Assembly (NCBI GenBank): GCA_049975325.1
Contig: JBNGDW010000001.1
Location: 1 to 54,871 of the forward strand
Origin: Candidatus Cloacimonadia bacterium
GTDB taxonomy: Bacteria > Cloacimonadota > Cloacimonadia > JGIOTU-2 > JBNGDW01
Length of the DNA stretch: 54,871 bases
Reading direction: 5' to 3'
In this document: one piece after another, positions 45,688-54,871 of the stretch
How positions within the stretch are numbered: the first letter of the stretch is position 1
Layout: every line of letters starts with the position of its first letter
Made by a program: the position numbers and the translations under genes
The notes under the pieces: model-generated
Told to the model about the DNA's origin: nothing
Databases searched by the model: none
The model's input: only the letters and a program-made list of their open reading frames with translations

Positions 45688-46173
45688 TTAACCCTTTTTC
45701 CTATAGACTAAGTTCGGCATAAAAAATTTTGCGGATTGTTTCCATGAACTTATTTTTGCTCTTTGCATAGTTAGCAAAACCCTGCTTTGATTTTCCACTT
45801 CACTTTCATAAAGAAAAATCGTTGTAATAATCGCTGATAAAACTTCTTGGTCCACTGACTGGCTTGCATACTTTGTCCCCCCAGTAACTGATGTAATGCG
45901 ATTATGTATAGCCTTCTTGGTATTTTTTTGAATTTCGTTCTTCTTTGAGGAAGGCTTTGCAAAGTATTTAAATAAACTTATTATTGCTGTCACAATAGAT
46001 AAACTGATAAAAACTACTACTATGCCAGTAATAACAATATCCAATGGAGTTGTATTTGTTGCAGAAACTGTTCTTGCCGCAGATTCAGCAGCTTCAGCTC
46101 TACAGGTAAACAAAGAGATAAAAAGCCAAGAGCCTAAAAAGCCAAAAAGGGGTGACAGTTTATTTTTTATCAT
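45688..46173 (-). CDS. Small membrane subunit of the decarboxylase (OadG/MmdD-like)
   Basis: TM helix [23 protein letters not shown], as in OadG-like subunits. Start/stop overlap with the alpha subunit gene. Sits between the alpha and biotin-carrier genes. Confidence 0.5.
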   Translation of the reverse strand: MIKNKLSPLFGFLGSWLFISLFTCRAEAAESAARTVSATNTTPLDIVITGIVVVFISLSIVTAIISLFKYFAKPSSKKNEIQKNTKKAIHNRITSVTGGTKYASQSVDQEVLSAIITTIFLYESEVENQSRVLLTMQRAKISSWKQSAKFFMPNLVYRKKG

Positions 46174-47720
46174 AAAGGAATATTACCATGCTTTCTGGGA
46201 GGATTTGTATCTCGCTTTGTGGCTATCATTTCGAGACTGCGAATAAGACGAGCCCTGGTTTTTGCAGGTTCTATAATATCATCGATGTATCCTCTTGAGG
46301 CTGCTCTAAAGGGGTTTGCAAACTTTTCTCTATACTCTTCTTCAACTTTAGTTAAATATTCTTCTGGATTTTCCGCCTTTTCTACTTCTCTTCGAAAGGT
46401 AATCTCAACAGCCCCTTTAGGTCCCATAACAGCGATCTCTGCCGTGGGCCAGGCATACATAACATCAGCTCGAACATGTCTGCTATTAAAAACACAATAT
46501 GCACCACCATAGGCTTTTCTAATTATGACAGTGACCTTGGGTACAGTTGCCTCAGCAAACGCATAAAGTATCTTTGCCCCTTCTTTAATAATACCACCAT
46601 GTTCCTGGGAAAGTCCGGGCAAAAAACCCGGCACATCTTCCAAACAAACCAGTGGTATATGGAAAGCATCACAAAAGCGAACGAATCTTGCTCCCTTTTT
46701 TGAAGCATTAATATCAAGGCACCCTGCAAGATATTTCGGTTGATTTGCAACAATCCCAACTGAATGGCCATTCAAATGTGCAAAGCCAATCACTATATTG
46801 GGTGCAAAGTAGCGAGCAACTTCTAAAAATTCCCCATTGTCAACAATACTTTTAATAATATCTGTTACATCATAAGGTTTATTGGGATTGTCGGGTACAA
46901 TATGATTAAGGTCCTCGCAATATCTATCAATAGGATCTGAGCAGGTTTCAACTGGAGCTTCTTCAAGATTGTTATTCGGGATATAACGTAAAAGGTCGCG
47001 GATAAGTTTAATTGTTTCCTCTTCATTTTCAGTCACAAAATGTGCAACTCCGCTTCTTTGACCATGCACCATTGCACCACCAAGTGTTTCTGTATCCACA
47101 TCCTCATTTGTGACGGTTTTCACCACCTTGGGACCTGTCACAAACATATAGCTGGTCTTCTTGGTCATTATAATGAAATCTGTAATAGCAGGAGAATAGA
47201 CAGCACCACCAGCACAAGGACCAAGTATTGCGGAAATTTGTGGAACCACTCCAGATGCCATGACATTCTTAAGAAAGATATCTGCATAACCAGCGAGGGA
47301 ATCTACTCCTTCTTGAATACGTGCTCCTCCTGAGTCATTCAAACCAATTATAGGTGCACCCATTTTCATCGCCATATCCATAATTTTGCATATTTTTTCT
47401 GAAACTGTCTTTGAAAGAGAGCCTCCAAAAACCGTGAAGTCCTGGGCAAAAACATAAACAAGACGGCCACTAATTGTGCCACACCCTGTAACAACACCAT
47501 CTCCAAGGAATTTCTGCTTATCCATACCAAAGTCTGTGCATCTATGTGTAACAAACATATCATATTCTTCAAAACTATCAGGGTCGAGAAGCAACTGAAT
47601 CCGTTCTCGCGCAGTTAGCTTGCCTTTTTTGTGCTGAGCCATGATTCTCTTTTCACCGCCGCCCAGAAGTGCTTCTGCCCGTTTTGCCTTTAAACTTGCT
47701 AATGATTCTTCTTTAGTCAT
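46170..47720 (-). CDS. mmdA: Methylmalonyl-CoA decarboxylase alpha subunit (carboxyltransferase, PccB/12S family)
   Basis: Full-length carboxyl_trans pattern ([49 protein letters not shown]). 516 aa. Confidence 0.9.
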   Translation of the reverse strand: MTKEESLASLKAKRAEALLGGGEKRIMAQHKKGKLTARERIQLLLDPDSFEEYDMFVTHRCTDFGMDKQKFLGDGVVTGCGTISGRLVYVFAQDFTVFGGSLSKTVSEKICKIMDMAMKMGAPIIGLNDSGGARIQEGVDSLAGYADIFLKNVMASGVVPQISAILGPCAGGAVYSPAITDFIIMTKKTSYMFVTGPKVVKTVTNEDVDTETLGGAMVHGQRSGVAHFVTENEEETIKLIRDLLRYIPNNNLEEAPVETCSDPIDRYCEDLNHIVPDNPNKPYDVTDIIKSIVDNGEFLEVARYFAPNIVIGFAHLNGHSVGIVANQPKYLAGCLDINASKKGARFVRFCDAFHIPLVCLEDVPGFLPGLSQEHGGIIKEGAKILYAFAEATVPKVTVIIRKAYGGAYCVFNSRHVRADVMYAWPTAEIAVMGPKGAVEITFRREVEKAENPEEYLTKVEEEYREKFANPFRAASRGYIDDIIEPAKTRARLIRSLEMIATKRDTNPPRKHGNIPL

Positions 47721-47796
47721 AATTATCCTTCTATTTATAATGTTAGCTTTGTTAAAGCCATTTTTCAGTGGTTAGTTTATTTTATTATGTAAACAA

Positions 47797-48195
47797 TTAG
47801 TGCGGATACATACAAAGTTCCACAAGCACCCCATTTAGTGCTTTCGGATGTACAAATGCAACTTTAGTACCACGAGAGCCTTTGCGCGGTTTCTCGTCAA
47901 TTAGTCTGATTCTGTTGCGTTTTAACATACCAAGTTTTTCTTCTATATCTTCTACTTCTATTGCAATATGATGTATCCCTTCCCCCCGCTTCTCTAAAAA
48001 TTTTGCAATAGGACTTTCTGCGTCTGTAGGTTCAAGAAGTTCAATATGGCTTTCACCGATTGTGATAAATGCTACTTTTACCTTTTGTTCCGGGACCTCT
48101 TCCCTACTCTCAATCAGGAAACCAAAATCAGAATAACGGGCAGTCGCATCTCCAAGGTCTCTTACTGCTATACCGATATGATCAAGTTTATACAT
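47797..48195 (-). CDS. mce: Methylmalonyl-CoA epimerase (VOC/glyoxalase fold)
   Basis: [17 protein letters not shown]....[21 protein letters not shown] and VAFVHPK..NGVLVEL, typical of MCE. 132 aa. Confidence 0.85.
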   Translation of the reverse strand: MYKLDHIGIAVRDLGDATARYSDFGFLIESREEVPEQKVKVAFITIGESHIELLEPTDAESPIAKFLEKRGEGIHHIAIEVEDIEEKLGMLKRNRIRLIDEKPRKGSRGTKVAFVHPKALNGVLVELCMYPH

Positions 48196-48209
48196 ATTAC
48201 TTCGCTCTC

Positions 48210-48788
48210 CTATTCATATTCCAGGTTAGGGGATGACATTCTCGTTTGAAGATCATATTCTTCGCCTGCTAATGATTCTCCTAACTTTAAAGCCTTTAAG
48301 TTAAGTGGTACGTATTTTTCTCTTACTCGTTTTTTGACTGCCTCACTGAGAGAATCCATTGTAACGATTCCTGTAGATTTGCACAAAAATGATAAAGCAA
48401 TAATGTTTGTAACGATGGCATTTTTAATATGTTTTATCGCCAATTCAGTAAAAGGCAGGCCTATACTTTCCCCCTCAATCGGATTCACATGGTCAATATT
48501 AGTGGTATCGTAAATAAATATACCGTTTGGTTTTAAAAAAGGTAGGAACTTATCAGTCGCTTCTTGAGTAAGGCATAGTAGTATATCAAGATTAATTGCG
48601 CGTGGGAAATAAATTTCCTTATCACTTATTATTACATCAGCTCTGCTAGAGCCTCCACGAGATTCTGGACCATAACTTTGAGACTGTAAAGCCTTTTTAC
48701 CATCAAGTATAGCAGCTTCTGCCAGGATAATTCCTGCCAATATTAAACCCTGTCCCCCGCTTCCACTTAACCTTACTTCTACCTTCAT
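48210..48788 (-). CDS. korC: 2-oxoacid:ferredoxin oxidoreductase gamma subunit
   Basis: The start (R.SG.GGQG...AG.ILA.AA) and the SYGPE.RGG motif match the POR gamma family. Start/stop overlap with the beta gene. Confidence 0.85.
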   Translation of the reverse strand: MKVEVRLSGSGGQGLILAGIILAEAAILDGKKALQSQSYGPESRGGSSRADVIISDKEIYFPRAINLDILLCLTQEATDKFLPFLKPNGIFIYDTTNIDHVNPIEGESIGLPFTELAIKHIKNAIVTNIIALSFLCKSTGIVTMDSLSEAVKKRVREKYVPLNLKALKLGESLAGEEYDLQTRMSSPNLEYE

Positions 48789-49687
48789 GTATTCTCCTTA
48801 TCGGTATCTAATTTAGAGATAGTTTCTTTTGTCTGGGATTTTTGCTGGCTTTGAGCACTCTCCTGTCTAATTTTCTCGACTAATTGGGCATATTTTTCTG
48901 TAAACTCAGGCTTATCTTCATCATATAGAATACCCCTGATAATTTTCCCTTCCTTCTTTTCAGGGGGTAACTTCTCATACGCTTGAATTGGAATAGTATT
49001 GTTTTTTTGCCATTCCAACATTTCTACAGGAGACGACTGATTATTTAGTCTGCCAAAGGCTATAGGGCACTGTGAGAGGACTTCCACCACAGAGAACCCT
49101 TTTTTCTGAATAGCCTTTTCAAATATTTGGCGGGCTTCAATGGTGTGAAATGCAGTAGTGCGTGCAACAAAGCTTGCGCCTGCACAGTGGGAAAGCTCTG
49201 CTAAATCAAAAATTTGCTCAAGTGCTCCGTATGGAGCTGTTGTAGCACGACTTCCTGGTGGGGTCGTAGGGGATACCTGCCCTCCTGTCATCCCATAAAT
49301 ATTATTATTAATTATGATTACCGTAAGATCAATATTTCTCCTTGCCGCATGAATGAGATGATTACCACCAATGGCTGCAGCATCACCATCTCCTGTAATA
49401 ACAATAACATTAAGTTCAGGCTTTGCGAATTTAATTCCAGTCGCATAGGTAATTGCGCGTCCATGAGTGGTATGCAAGGTATTAAAATCTACATAAACAG
49501 GCATCCTGCTGGAACAACCAATTCCAGAGACCATAACAATATCATCCTTTTCAATACCGAGATTGTAAATCGCTCGTAGTAGGTCACCAAGAATAATACC
49601 ATTACCGCATCCCGGACACCATACATGGGGAAACTTCTTATGATGGCGTAGATATTGATGTATTACTTTCTGCGGTATATTTTTCAT
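48785..49687 (-). CDS. korB: 2-oxoacid:ferredoxin oxidoreductase beta subunit (TPP-binding)
   Basis: WCPGCGNG, GIGCSS, GDGD..AIGGNH and NN.IYGMTGGQ motifs. Confidence 0.9.
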   Translation of the reverse strand: MKNIPQKVIHQYLRHHKKFPHVWCPGCGNGIILGDLLRAIYNLGIEKDDIVMVSGIGCSSRMPVYVDFNTLHTTHGRAITYATGIKFAKPELNVIVITGDGDAAAIGGNHLIHAARRNIDLTVIIINNNIYGMTGGQVSPTTPPGSRATTAPYGALEQIFDLAELSHCAGASFVARTTAFHTIEARQIFEKAIQKKGFSVVEVLSQCPIAFGRLNNQSSPVEMLEWQKNNTIPIQAYEKLPPEKKEGKIIRGILYDEDKPEFTEKYAQLVEKIRQESAQSQQKSQTKETISKLDTDKENT

Positions 49688-50832
49688 AATACCTCATCAA
49701 TCTTATGGAGAATTTCAGAAGGTGTAATGATCTCTCCATTATACTTCTGGAGCTTAATAAACTTTGAATGCTGACCATACTTTGTTACTCGTTTCACCTC
49801 GTTTATGAGTTGGCCTTGATTTAACTCTGCAATAACAACTGCCTTTGTGTTTTCTAACATCATTTCAACATCATAATCAGGGAAGGGCCATATTGTAAGA
49901 GGCCTGATTAATCCTATCTTTATCCCCTTTTTGCGTGCTTCAATAACTGCTTCTTTGGCAGCACGAGCCACAACTCCAGCCGCAAAGATAGCAATATCTG
50001 CATCATCCATCTTAAACGATTCTACCTGAATAATATCATCAAGATTGTCAACTATCTTCTTTCGCAATCTTTCCATCATTTCTTCCACTTCCCATGGAAC
50101 CTGTGTAGGAAAACCATTCTCATCATGGGCAAGTCCAGTTACATGAAAGCGATATCCTTCCCCAAAATTGGCAAGTGGAGATATATATTTCGGATTTTTT
50201 TTATAATGTTTGTACCACTCGGGAGGTACACTTGGCTTTATTCGGTTAATAATACGAAGTTGATCTTTCGGTGGTAACAGGACCGAATCTCTCATATGAG
50301 CTATTACTTCATCAAGGAGTAATATAACAGGTGTACGATACTTTTCTGCCAGATTAAATGCACGAATAGTTAATGTATAACACTCACGAACTGAGTCGGG
50401 GTAGAGTGCAATAACCGGATGGTCACCATGAGTGCCCCATCGTGCTTGCATGAGGTCTCCCTGGGCAGGACTTGTAGGCAATCCAGTACTGGGACCGCCA
50501 CGCTGTACATTTACAACCACACATGGGATTTCCGCCATCATACCAAATCCCAAATTTTCCTGCATAAGTGAAAACCCGGGACCACTCGTGGCTGTCATTG
50601 ATTTTAATCCAGCAAGACTTGCCCCGAGAATACATCCCATACTTGAGAGCTCATCTTCCATCTGGATAAATTTACCCCCTATTCTGGGAAGTTCTTGAGA
50701 TAATATCTCGGCAATTTCAGTGGATGGGGTGATAGGATATCCTGCAAAAAAGCGCATACCTGCATCCATCGCTCCTAAGGCAACTGCAGCATTCCCTTGA
50801 AGTAGTTGCGGAGACTGCTCACTTTTTGACAC
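49684..50832 (-). CDS. korA: 2-oxoacid:ferredoxin oxidoreductase alpha subunit
   Basis: The pattern GN.A.A.GA..AG..FFAGYPITPS.EI...., TATSGPGFSLM.E is typical of KorA/PorA. I prefer the GTG start at 50832, which is preceded by AGGAGAGGAGGAAAA. The longest ORF starts at a GTG at 50859. Confidence 0.88.
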   Translation of the reverse strand: MSKSEQSPQLLQGNAAVALGAMDAGMRFFAGYPITPSTEIAEILSQELPRIGGKFIQMEDELSSMGCILGASLAGLKSMTATSGPGFSLMQENLGFGMMAEIPCVVVNVQRGGPSTGLPTSPAQGDLMQARWGTHGDHPVIALYPDSVRECYTLTIRAFNLAEKYRTPVILLLDEVIAHMRDSVLLPPKDQLRIINRIKPSVPPEWYKHYKKNPKYISPLANFGEGYRFHVTGLAHDENGFPTQVPWEVEEMMERLRKKIVDNLDDIIQVESFKMDDADIAIFAAGVVARAAKEAVIEARKKGIKIGLIRPLTIWPFPDYDVEMMLENTKAVVIAELNQGQLINEVKRVTKYGQHSKFIKLQKYNGEIITPSEILHKIDEVL

Positions 50833-51139
50833 TTTTCCTCCTCTCCTCTTGTGCTGCACCAGTTATTGCATAATCAGGACAAAGCATATCACATTTCTCA
50901 CAATGGATACATTTCTCCGGGTACTTAACATATGGGGCACCATCAGGAAGGGTGCCTAAAACACCTGTCGGACAGATCGCAACACAAATGCCACATCTTT
51001 TACACCAGTCATAGTATATGTAAACCGGAGATTCTTCATAATCTTCAGGTTTTTCTATCTTTCTTTCTTTCACATTGGTGAGGTTGACTGAATCTGCCTC
51101 ACTTTCTTTAATTATCTTGCCTTGAAAGTTCTTTTTCAT
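50819..51139 (-). CDS. korD: 2-oxoacid:ferredoxin oxidoreductase delta subunit (2x[4Fe-4S] ferredoxin)
   Basis: Two clusters, CKRCGICVAICP and CIHCEKCDMLCP. AGGAGG RBS upstream. Confidence 0.85.
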   Translation of the reverse strand: MKKNFQGKIIKESEADSVNLTNVKERKIEKPEDYEESPVYIYYDWCKRCGICVAICPTGVLGTLPDGAPYVKYPEKCIHCEKCDMLCPDYAITGAAQEERRKSVKK

Positions 51140-51313
51140 GTGCCTCCTGTAAAGAACCCAAAATTACTTGTCAAAAAAAAGTAAATTTTTATCGAAACTT
51201 TTAATACAATAATCTGTTATAGAAGCTCTCAACACTCAATCCATCCCTTGCTACCTGAGTTATCCTGTTGTGAAAGGTTTTGATACACGACCGCAATTTC
51301 CCACATAAATCCT

Positions 51314-52858
51314 TCACCTACTTTCAATCTTTATGCTAATTATCTGAATTCCTTTATAATAGTGCTTAAGAATATCTTCAGCTTTGTAACCGGATTCTGC
51401 CATTTGAAGGGCGCCAATCTGACACATACCTACTCCATGCCCAGAACCTTTACCTTGAAAGAGGAGACTATCACCCTGATCTTCTACAATAAACAATGAT
51501 GAAGGAAGATTATCAAAGGTATTTCTAATATTGAGCTCGCCATCAAATACTAATTTACCACTGGTACCGCATAATTCTATTGCCAGGGCTCTACCTGAAA
51601 CCCCTCGAGATAAAATATTAATTCCCTCATATCGCCCAAAATCTATAATCGAATTACAATAATTTTCCACTGCTTTTTTCGAAATCGTTTTCTGCCATGA
51701 GTATGTATTTTTTATCCAACCAGTTGTCTCCTCTGTATTACAAAATACTTGCTGGGAAGATTCAATCCATGAAGCCACATTCCTCTCTTTGGTGAGATCT
51801 ACAGATCTTTGGGTTGTACCATCATAAGTCCCCGCAAGGTAGGGCACATCTTCCCCTCCCCACACATTGCTGCTCGACTCTGTATGCCCTCCACAATTTG
51901 TTGAATAGACTGCATTGATTATTTCATCTTGATATGTTCCAACTTGATAGGCAGTGGCTCTTACCGCCAGATTGACCTGTTCAGAAATATCAGAAATACC
52001 TGAGAAAACCTGGCAATGGGTACTGGCGCACAAATCAAAAGCATCATCTTTATGATGACCATGAAGAATTTTGTACAGCGCTTCAGCGCGGGCAGCTATT
52101 GCCTGGGCTTTAAGCACCTCCAAAGGTGCATCAGCACCAATTTCATTTGGCAGAACCCCTGCAATATAGTCTTCTAACTCGACCGAAGAAATAAGATGAA
52201 GAGTGCCAGCAGGATTAAGATCTACTTTAAGCTTGCCTCTGTAAGACCGGGTTACGAATTCCTTCGGGTTCCAGAAATTGGTACGGGGAACCTGAAATAC
52301 GGTAATTGGTTGGTCTGAAATAAGATAAAGTGGAGGAGAGAAGAAATAACTTTTCCCATCTTTTGCGTTATACACCTGAACATTTGCATTTGAGAATGCA
52401 TATTCTTCTATCACCCAACCATCAGGCTCGCATACATTTTGGGCAGATTCATAGGTCAAAAACCTTTCCTTTAAAAATACAGCATAACCAGTAATTACCT
52501 CTAAAATCCCATCTTCATAGTGAAGTTCGGTATAAGGCTCTGCATAGCATTCTGGAAAGTTTTGGATAAATGCTTCTGCTTCTCTGCGAGTGGGAAATCG
52601 ATCTACACCAACTCGCCAATAAGGTGAAACTTCAAGCGGCTTTTCTATTTCTATGAAAAGCTCTGGCTGATAAAAATCTATTCTGAAGGGTGAGCCGCTT
52701 TCAACAATAGTAAGGTCACCCGGGGCTGTTAGATGAATTTGGGTGGTATTCGGGACAATCTCTACATCTATGTAAAGCTGATTGTCCTCAACTGATAGAG
52801 CGTGCAGCAGAACGGGCAATAATAGTATGAATATGCTGTAAAAAAATCGTTTCAACAT
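51314..52858 (-). CDS. SpoIID/LytB domain-containing protein (peptidoglycan-remodelling amidase enhancer or lytic transglycosylase family)
   Basis: Signal peptide. Motifs LEDYIAGVLPNE, KAQAIAAR, AVYSTNCGGHTE and GHGVGMCQIGA, typical of SpoIID. Confidence 0.8.
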   Translation of the reverse strand: MLKRFFYSIFILLLPVLLHALSVEDNQLYIDVEIVPNTTQIHLTAPGDLTIVESGSPFRIDFYQPELFIEIEKPLEVSPYWRVGVDRFPTRREAEAFIQNFPECYAEPYTELHYEDGILEVITGYAVFLKERFLTYESAQNVCEPDGWVIEEYAFSNANVQVYNAKDGKSYFFSPPLYLISDQPITVFQVPRTNFWNPKEFVTRSYRGKLKVDLNPAGTLHLISSVELEDYIAGVLPNEIGADAPLEVLKAQAIAARAEALYKILHGHHKDDAFDLCASTHCQVFSGISDISEQVNLAVRATAYQVGTYQDEIINAVYSTNCGGHTESSSNVWGGEDVPYLAGTYDGTTQRSVDLTKERNVASWIESSQQVFCNTEETTGWIKNTYSWQKTISKKAVENYCNSIIDFGRYEGINILSRGVSGRALAIELCGTSGKLVFDGELNIRNTFDNLPSSLFIVEDQGDSLLFQGKGSGHGVGMCQIGALQMAESGYKAEDILKHYYKGIQIISIKIESR

Positions 52859-54871
52859 TATGAAACTTTAGTGCCAGCAGGAATGTCCTTATCAGTAGTA
52901 AGCAGAGTTAGGTTTGAATTATCCGCTGCAGCAAGTAACATCCCCTCAGACTTTTCTCCTCTAATAATAGCAGTCTCGAGATTATTCACCACAACTATAT
53001 TCTTGCCTATAAGCTCCTCCGGTGAATAATATTCTGCAATGCCTGCCACAATCTGTTTCTCTTGATTATCTAAATTTAGTTGCAACTTCAGGAGCTTATC
53101 AGCACCCCTGATTTTCTCTGCTTTTATGATTTTTGCTACGCGTAGGTCTAATTTTTGAAATGTACTGATATCGATATTTTCGCTCATAATAATCCTCTCT
53201 TTTTTAGTAGATTGTTCACTGACTTTGCTTTCTGTTTTCAATTTTTCTATCTGCCTTTCAATAAGTTTATCCGGAATTTTTTTAAACGCAGGTTCTATTT
53301 TACCAATTTTTATAGACTCCTTTAATGGTTGTGAAAGCCATCTCCAGCCATATTCCTCTATAGAGCGAGAGAAGCCCATCATTTTCCAGATTTTCTCTGC
53401 AGAAGAGGGAATAATCGGATATAATATTACCACAAGATTCCGAATAAGTTCACCACAGATATACATCGTTTCGGCAGTTTTTAATGGCTCAGTTTTAATC
53501 GTATGCCATGGACTCTCACTATCAAAATATTGATTACCAAAGCGAGCAAGATCAACAGCATATCGTGCTGCCTTGCGTACTTTAAATGTTTGATAACATT
53601 CTTTTATGGTATTACTTCTGTTTGCGATCTCCTGGAGAATAAGTTTTCCTTTTGGAGATATTTCTTTAACATATGGAATCTCATGTCTGAAATGAGCGCT
53701 GGAAAATTTAAGCACGCGATTCACAAAATTGCCAAAGACATCTGCCATATCAGAATTGTATTGTAGCTGAAATTCTTTCCATACAAAATCTGCATCTTTA
53801 TTTTCTGGGGCATTACTTGCCAGATAATATCTAAGTGAATCAGCAGAAAAGTTATCTAAAAAGTCAAGTATCCATACTGCCCAATCTTTGCTTGTGGATA
53901 TTTTTCTCCCTTCAAGGTTAAGATATTCATTTGCAGGCACATCATAAGGTAAGACATAATTTTCATCCTGTCCCATGAGCACTGCTGGCCAGATGATCGT
54001 ATGAAATGGAATATTATCTTTGCCAATGAAATGAATTAGTTTAGTTTCCGGGTCTAACCAGTATTCTTTCCATTTCTCAGGTTCCCCTATCTTTTGTGCC
54101 CATTCTACTGTAGAGGAAAGATATCCAATTGGGGCTTCAAACCATACATAAAGCACCTTACCTTTTGCTTCTTCAAGCGGCACAGGTATTCCCCAATCAA
54201 GGTCACGAGTTATTGCTCTTTCTCTAACTCCGCTATCCAGCCAGCCAAGAATAAACCTTTTCACATTATCCTTCCACTCTACTTTACTTTCAACCCAGGA
54301 GCGAAGCCGCGGTTCAAACTTTGGAAGATCCAAAAACCAGTTTTTAGTTTCTCGCACTTCAGGAGTGCTACCACAGTTAATACAAACTGGATTAATCAGT
54401 TCGATCGCATCGATAAGCTTACCACAAACATCACACTGATCACCACGTGCCCCAGGAGCATGACAATATGGGCACTCTCCTTCTATATAACGATCAGGGA
54501 GAAAACGTTTACAATGTGGACAATACAACTGCTTGGTAAGATGCGATGTTATATAGCCATTTTTTAGAAGTTGTAAAAAAAATTGCTGAGATATTTTGTA
54601 ATGGATAGGTCTGTCAGTTTCTGAATAATTATCAAAAGAAAAGTTCAAGCCCTGAAATGCATCGACAATCCTTTTGTGGTATTTTGCAACAATTTCTTTG
54701 GGCGAAACATTTTCTTGGCTGGCTTTTATTGAAATGGGGGCTCCATGCTCATCTGAACCGCAGATATAAATCACATCATTTCCGCACAATTTTTGAAATC
54801 GAACGAATATATCAGCAGGAAGATACGCTCCTGCAATATGTCCTATATGCAGATCTCCATTTGCATAGGGT
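52858..54871 (-). CDS. metG: Methionine--tRNA ligase with a C-terminal tRNA-binding (EMAP/Trbp111-like) domain. The 5' end lies beyond the window edge.
   Basis: The frame is open to nt 54871, where it encodes PYANGDLHIGHIAGAYLPAD (HIGH motif). Zn knuckles CPYC/CDVCG..CINCG, KISTS (KMSKS variant), and C-terminal LDLRVAKIIKAEKIRGADKLLKLQL. Confidence 0.92.
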   Translation of the reverse strand, partial: PYANGDLHIGHIAGAYLPADIFVRFQKLCGNDVIYICGSDEHGAPISIKASQENVSPKEIVAKYHKRIVDAFQGLNFSFDNYSETDRPIHYKISQQFFLQLLKNGYITSHLTKQLYCPHCKRFLPDRYIEGECPYCHAPGARGDQCDVCGKLIDAIELINPVCINCGSTPEVRETKNWFLDLPKFEPRLRSWVESKVEWKDNVKRFILGWLDSGVRERAITRDLDWGIPVPLEEAKGKVLYVWFEAPIGYLSSTVEWAQKIGEPEKWKEYWLDPETKLIHFIGKDNIPFHTIIWPAVLMGQDENYVLPYDVPANEYLNLEGRKISTSKDWAVWILDFLDNFSADSLRYYLASNAPENKDADFVWKEFQLQYNSDMADVFGNFVNRVLKFSSAHFRHEIPYVKEISPKGKLILQEIANRSNTIKECYQTFKVRKAARYAVDLARFGNQYFDSESPWHTIKTEPLKTAETMYICGELIRNLVVILYPIIPSSAEKIWKMMGFSRSIEEYGWRWLSQPLKESIKIGKIEPAFKKIPDKLIERQIEKLKTESKVSEQSTKKERIIMSENIDISTFQKLDLRVAKIIKAEKIRGADKLLKLQLNLDNQEKQIVAGIAEYYSPEELIGKNIVVVNNLETAIIRGEKSEGMLLAAADNSNLTLLTTDKDIPAGTKVS

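Noticed and set aside
51169-51174. TTGACA on the - strand as the -35 box of the kor operon promoter.
   Set aside because: With a 17 nt spacer the -10 would be TACAGG, which overlaps the AGGAGG Shine-Dalgarno, and the TSS would fall on the start codon (51139). That geometry is incompatible with use of the obvious SD, so the true promoter is probably further upstream.
1-54871. A mobile element, prophage or defence island.
   Set aside because: I recognised no integrase, transposase, recombinase, phage structural or known defence-system (RM, TA, Cas, CBASS, retron RT) motifs. No flanking direct repeats or tRNA integration site were found.

Overview
This is an AT-rich, densely coding 54.9 kb bacterial window. 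I found no rRNA, tRNA, CRISPR array, transposase or integrase. The gene content suggests an uncultivated anaerobe of the FCB superphylum, possibly Cloacimonadota-like; that placement is inference only. Supporting content: four proteins ending in T9SS-type C-terminal sorting domains, a Na+-pumping methylmalonyl-CoA decarboxylase with its epimerase, a 2-oxoacid:ferredoxin oxidoreductase, and lipid A/Kdo genes.

Layout:
(1) 1-14.75 kb, + strand: one tightly packed gene string. It holds pseudopilin-like genes, a LamG protein, a DHp-only mini protein, a REC-cNMP response regulator, PilT, a PilM/PilN/TPR fusion, a PilO/PilP-like fusion, a short secretin, an FN3+LVIVD lipoprotein and two T9SS-sorted surface proteins.
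(2) 15-29 kb, + strand: housekeeping and envelope genes. These are a YhaM-like nuclease, a 1688 aa hybrid histidine kinase, a cation/H+ antiporter, WaaA, a radical SAM enzyme, a NusG-II/Gx transporter pair, PBP1A and a GT2.
(3) 29-38.4 kb, - strand: PpiD followed by two giant FG-GAP/beta-helix T9SS cargo proteins, then LpxB plus a DUF374 protein.
(4) 38.8-39.8 kb: a roughly 1 kb gene-free island. It contains a heptamer repeat, nested hairpins, GC-rich 16-nt palindromes, a ~100 nt polypyrimidine tract, TTTCGTG direct repeats, TTGACA boxes and a C8(AC)4 tract. It sits upstream of a secreted protein and an FGE-domain lipoprotein.
(5) 42.2-54.9 kb, - strand: RqcH, the Mmd decarboxylase operon, the epimerase, KorDABC, a SpoIID-domain protein and MetG (truncated by the window edge).

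The most unusual parts are the compacted, signalling-embedded pilus/T9SS-cargo operon and the repeat- and structure-rich non-coding island. All functional calls rest on motif recognition by eye; no database search was possible.
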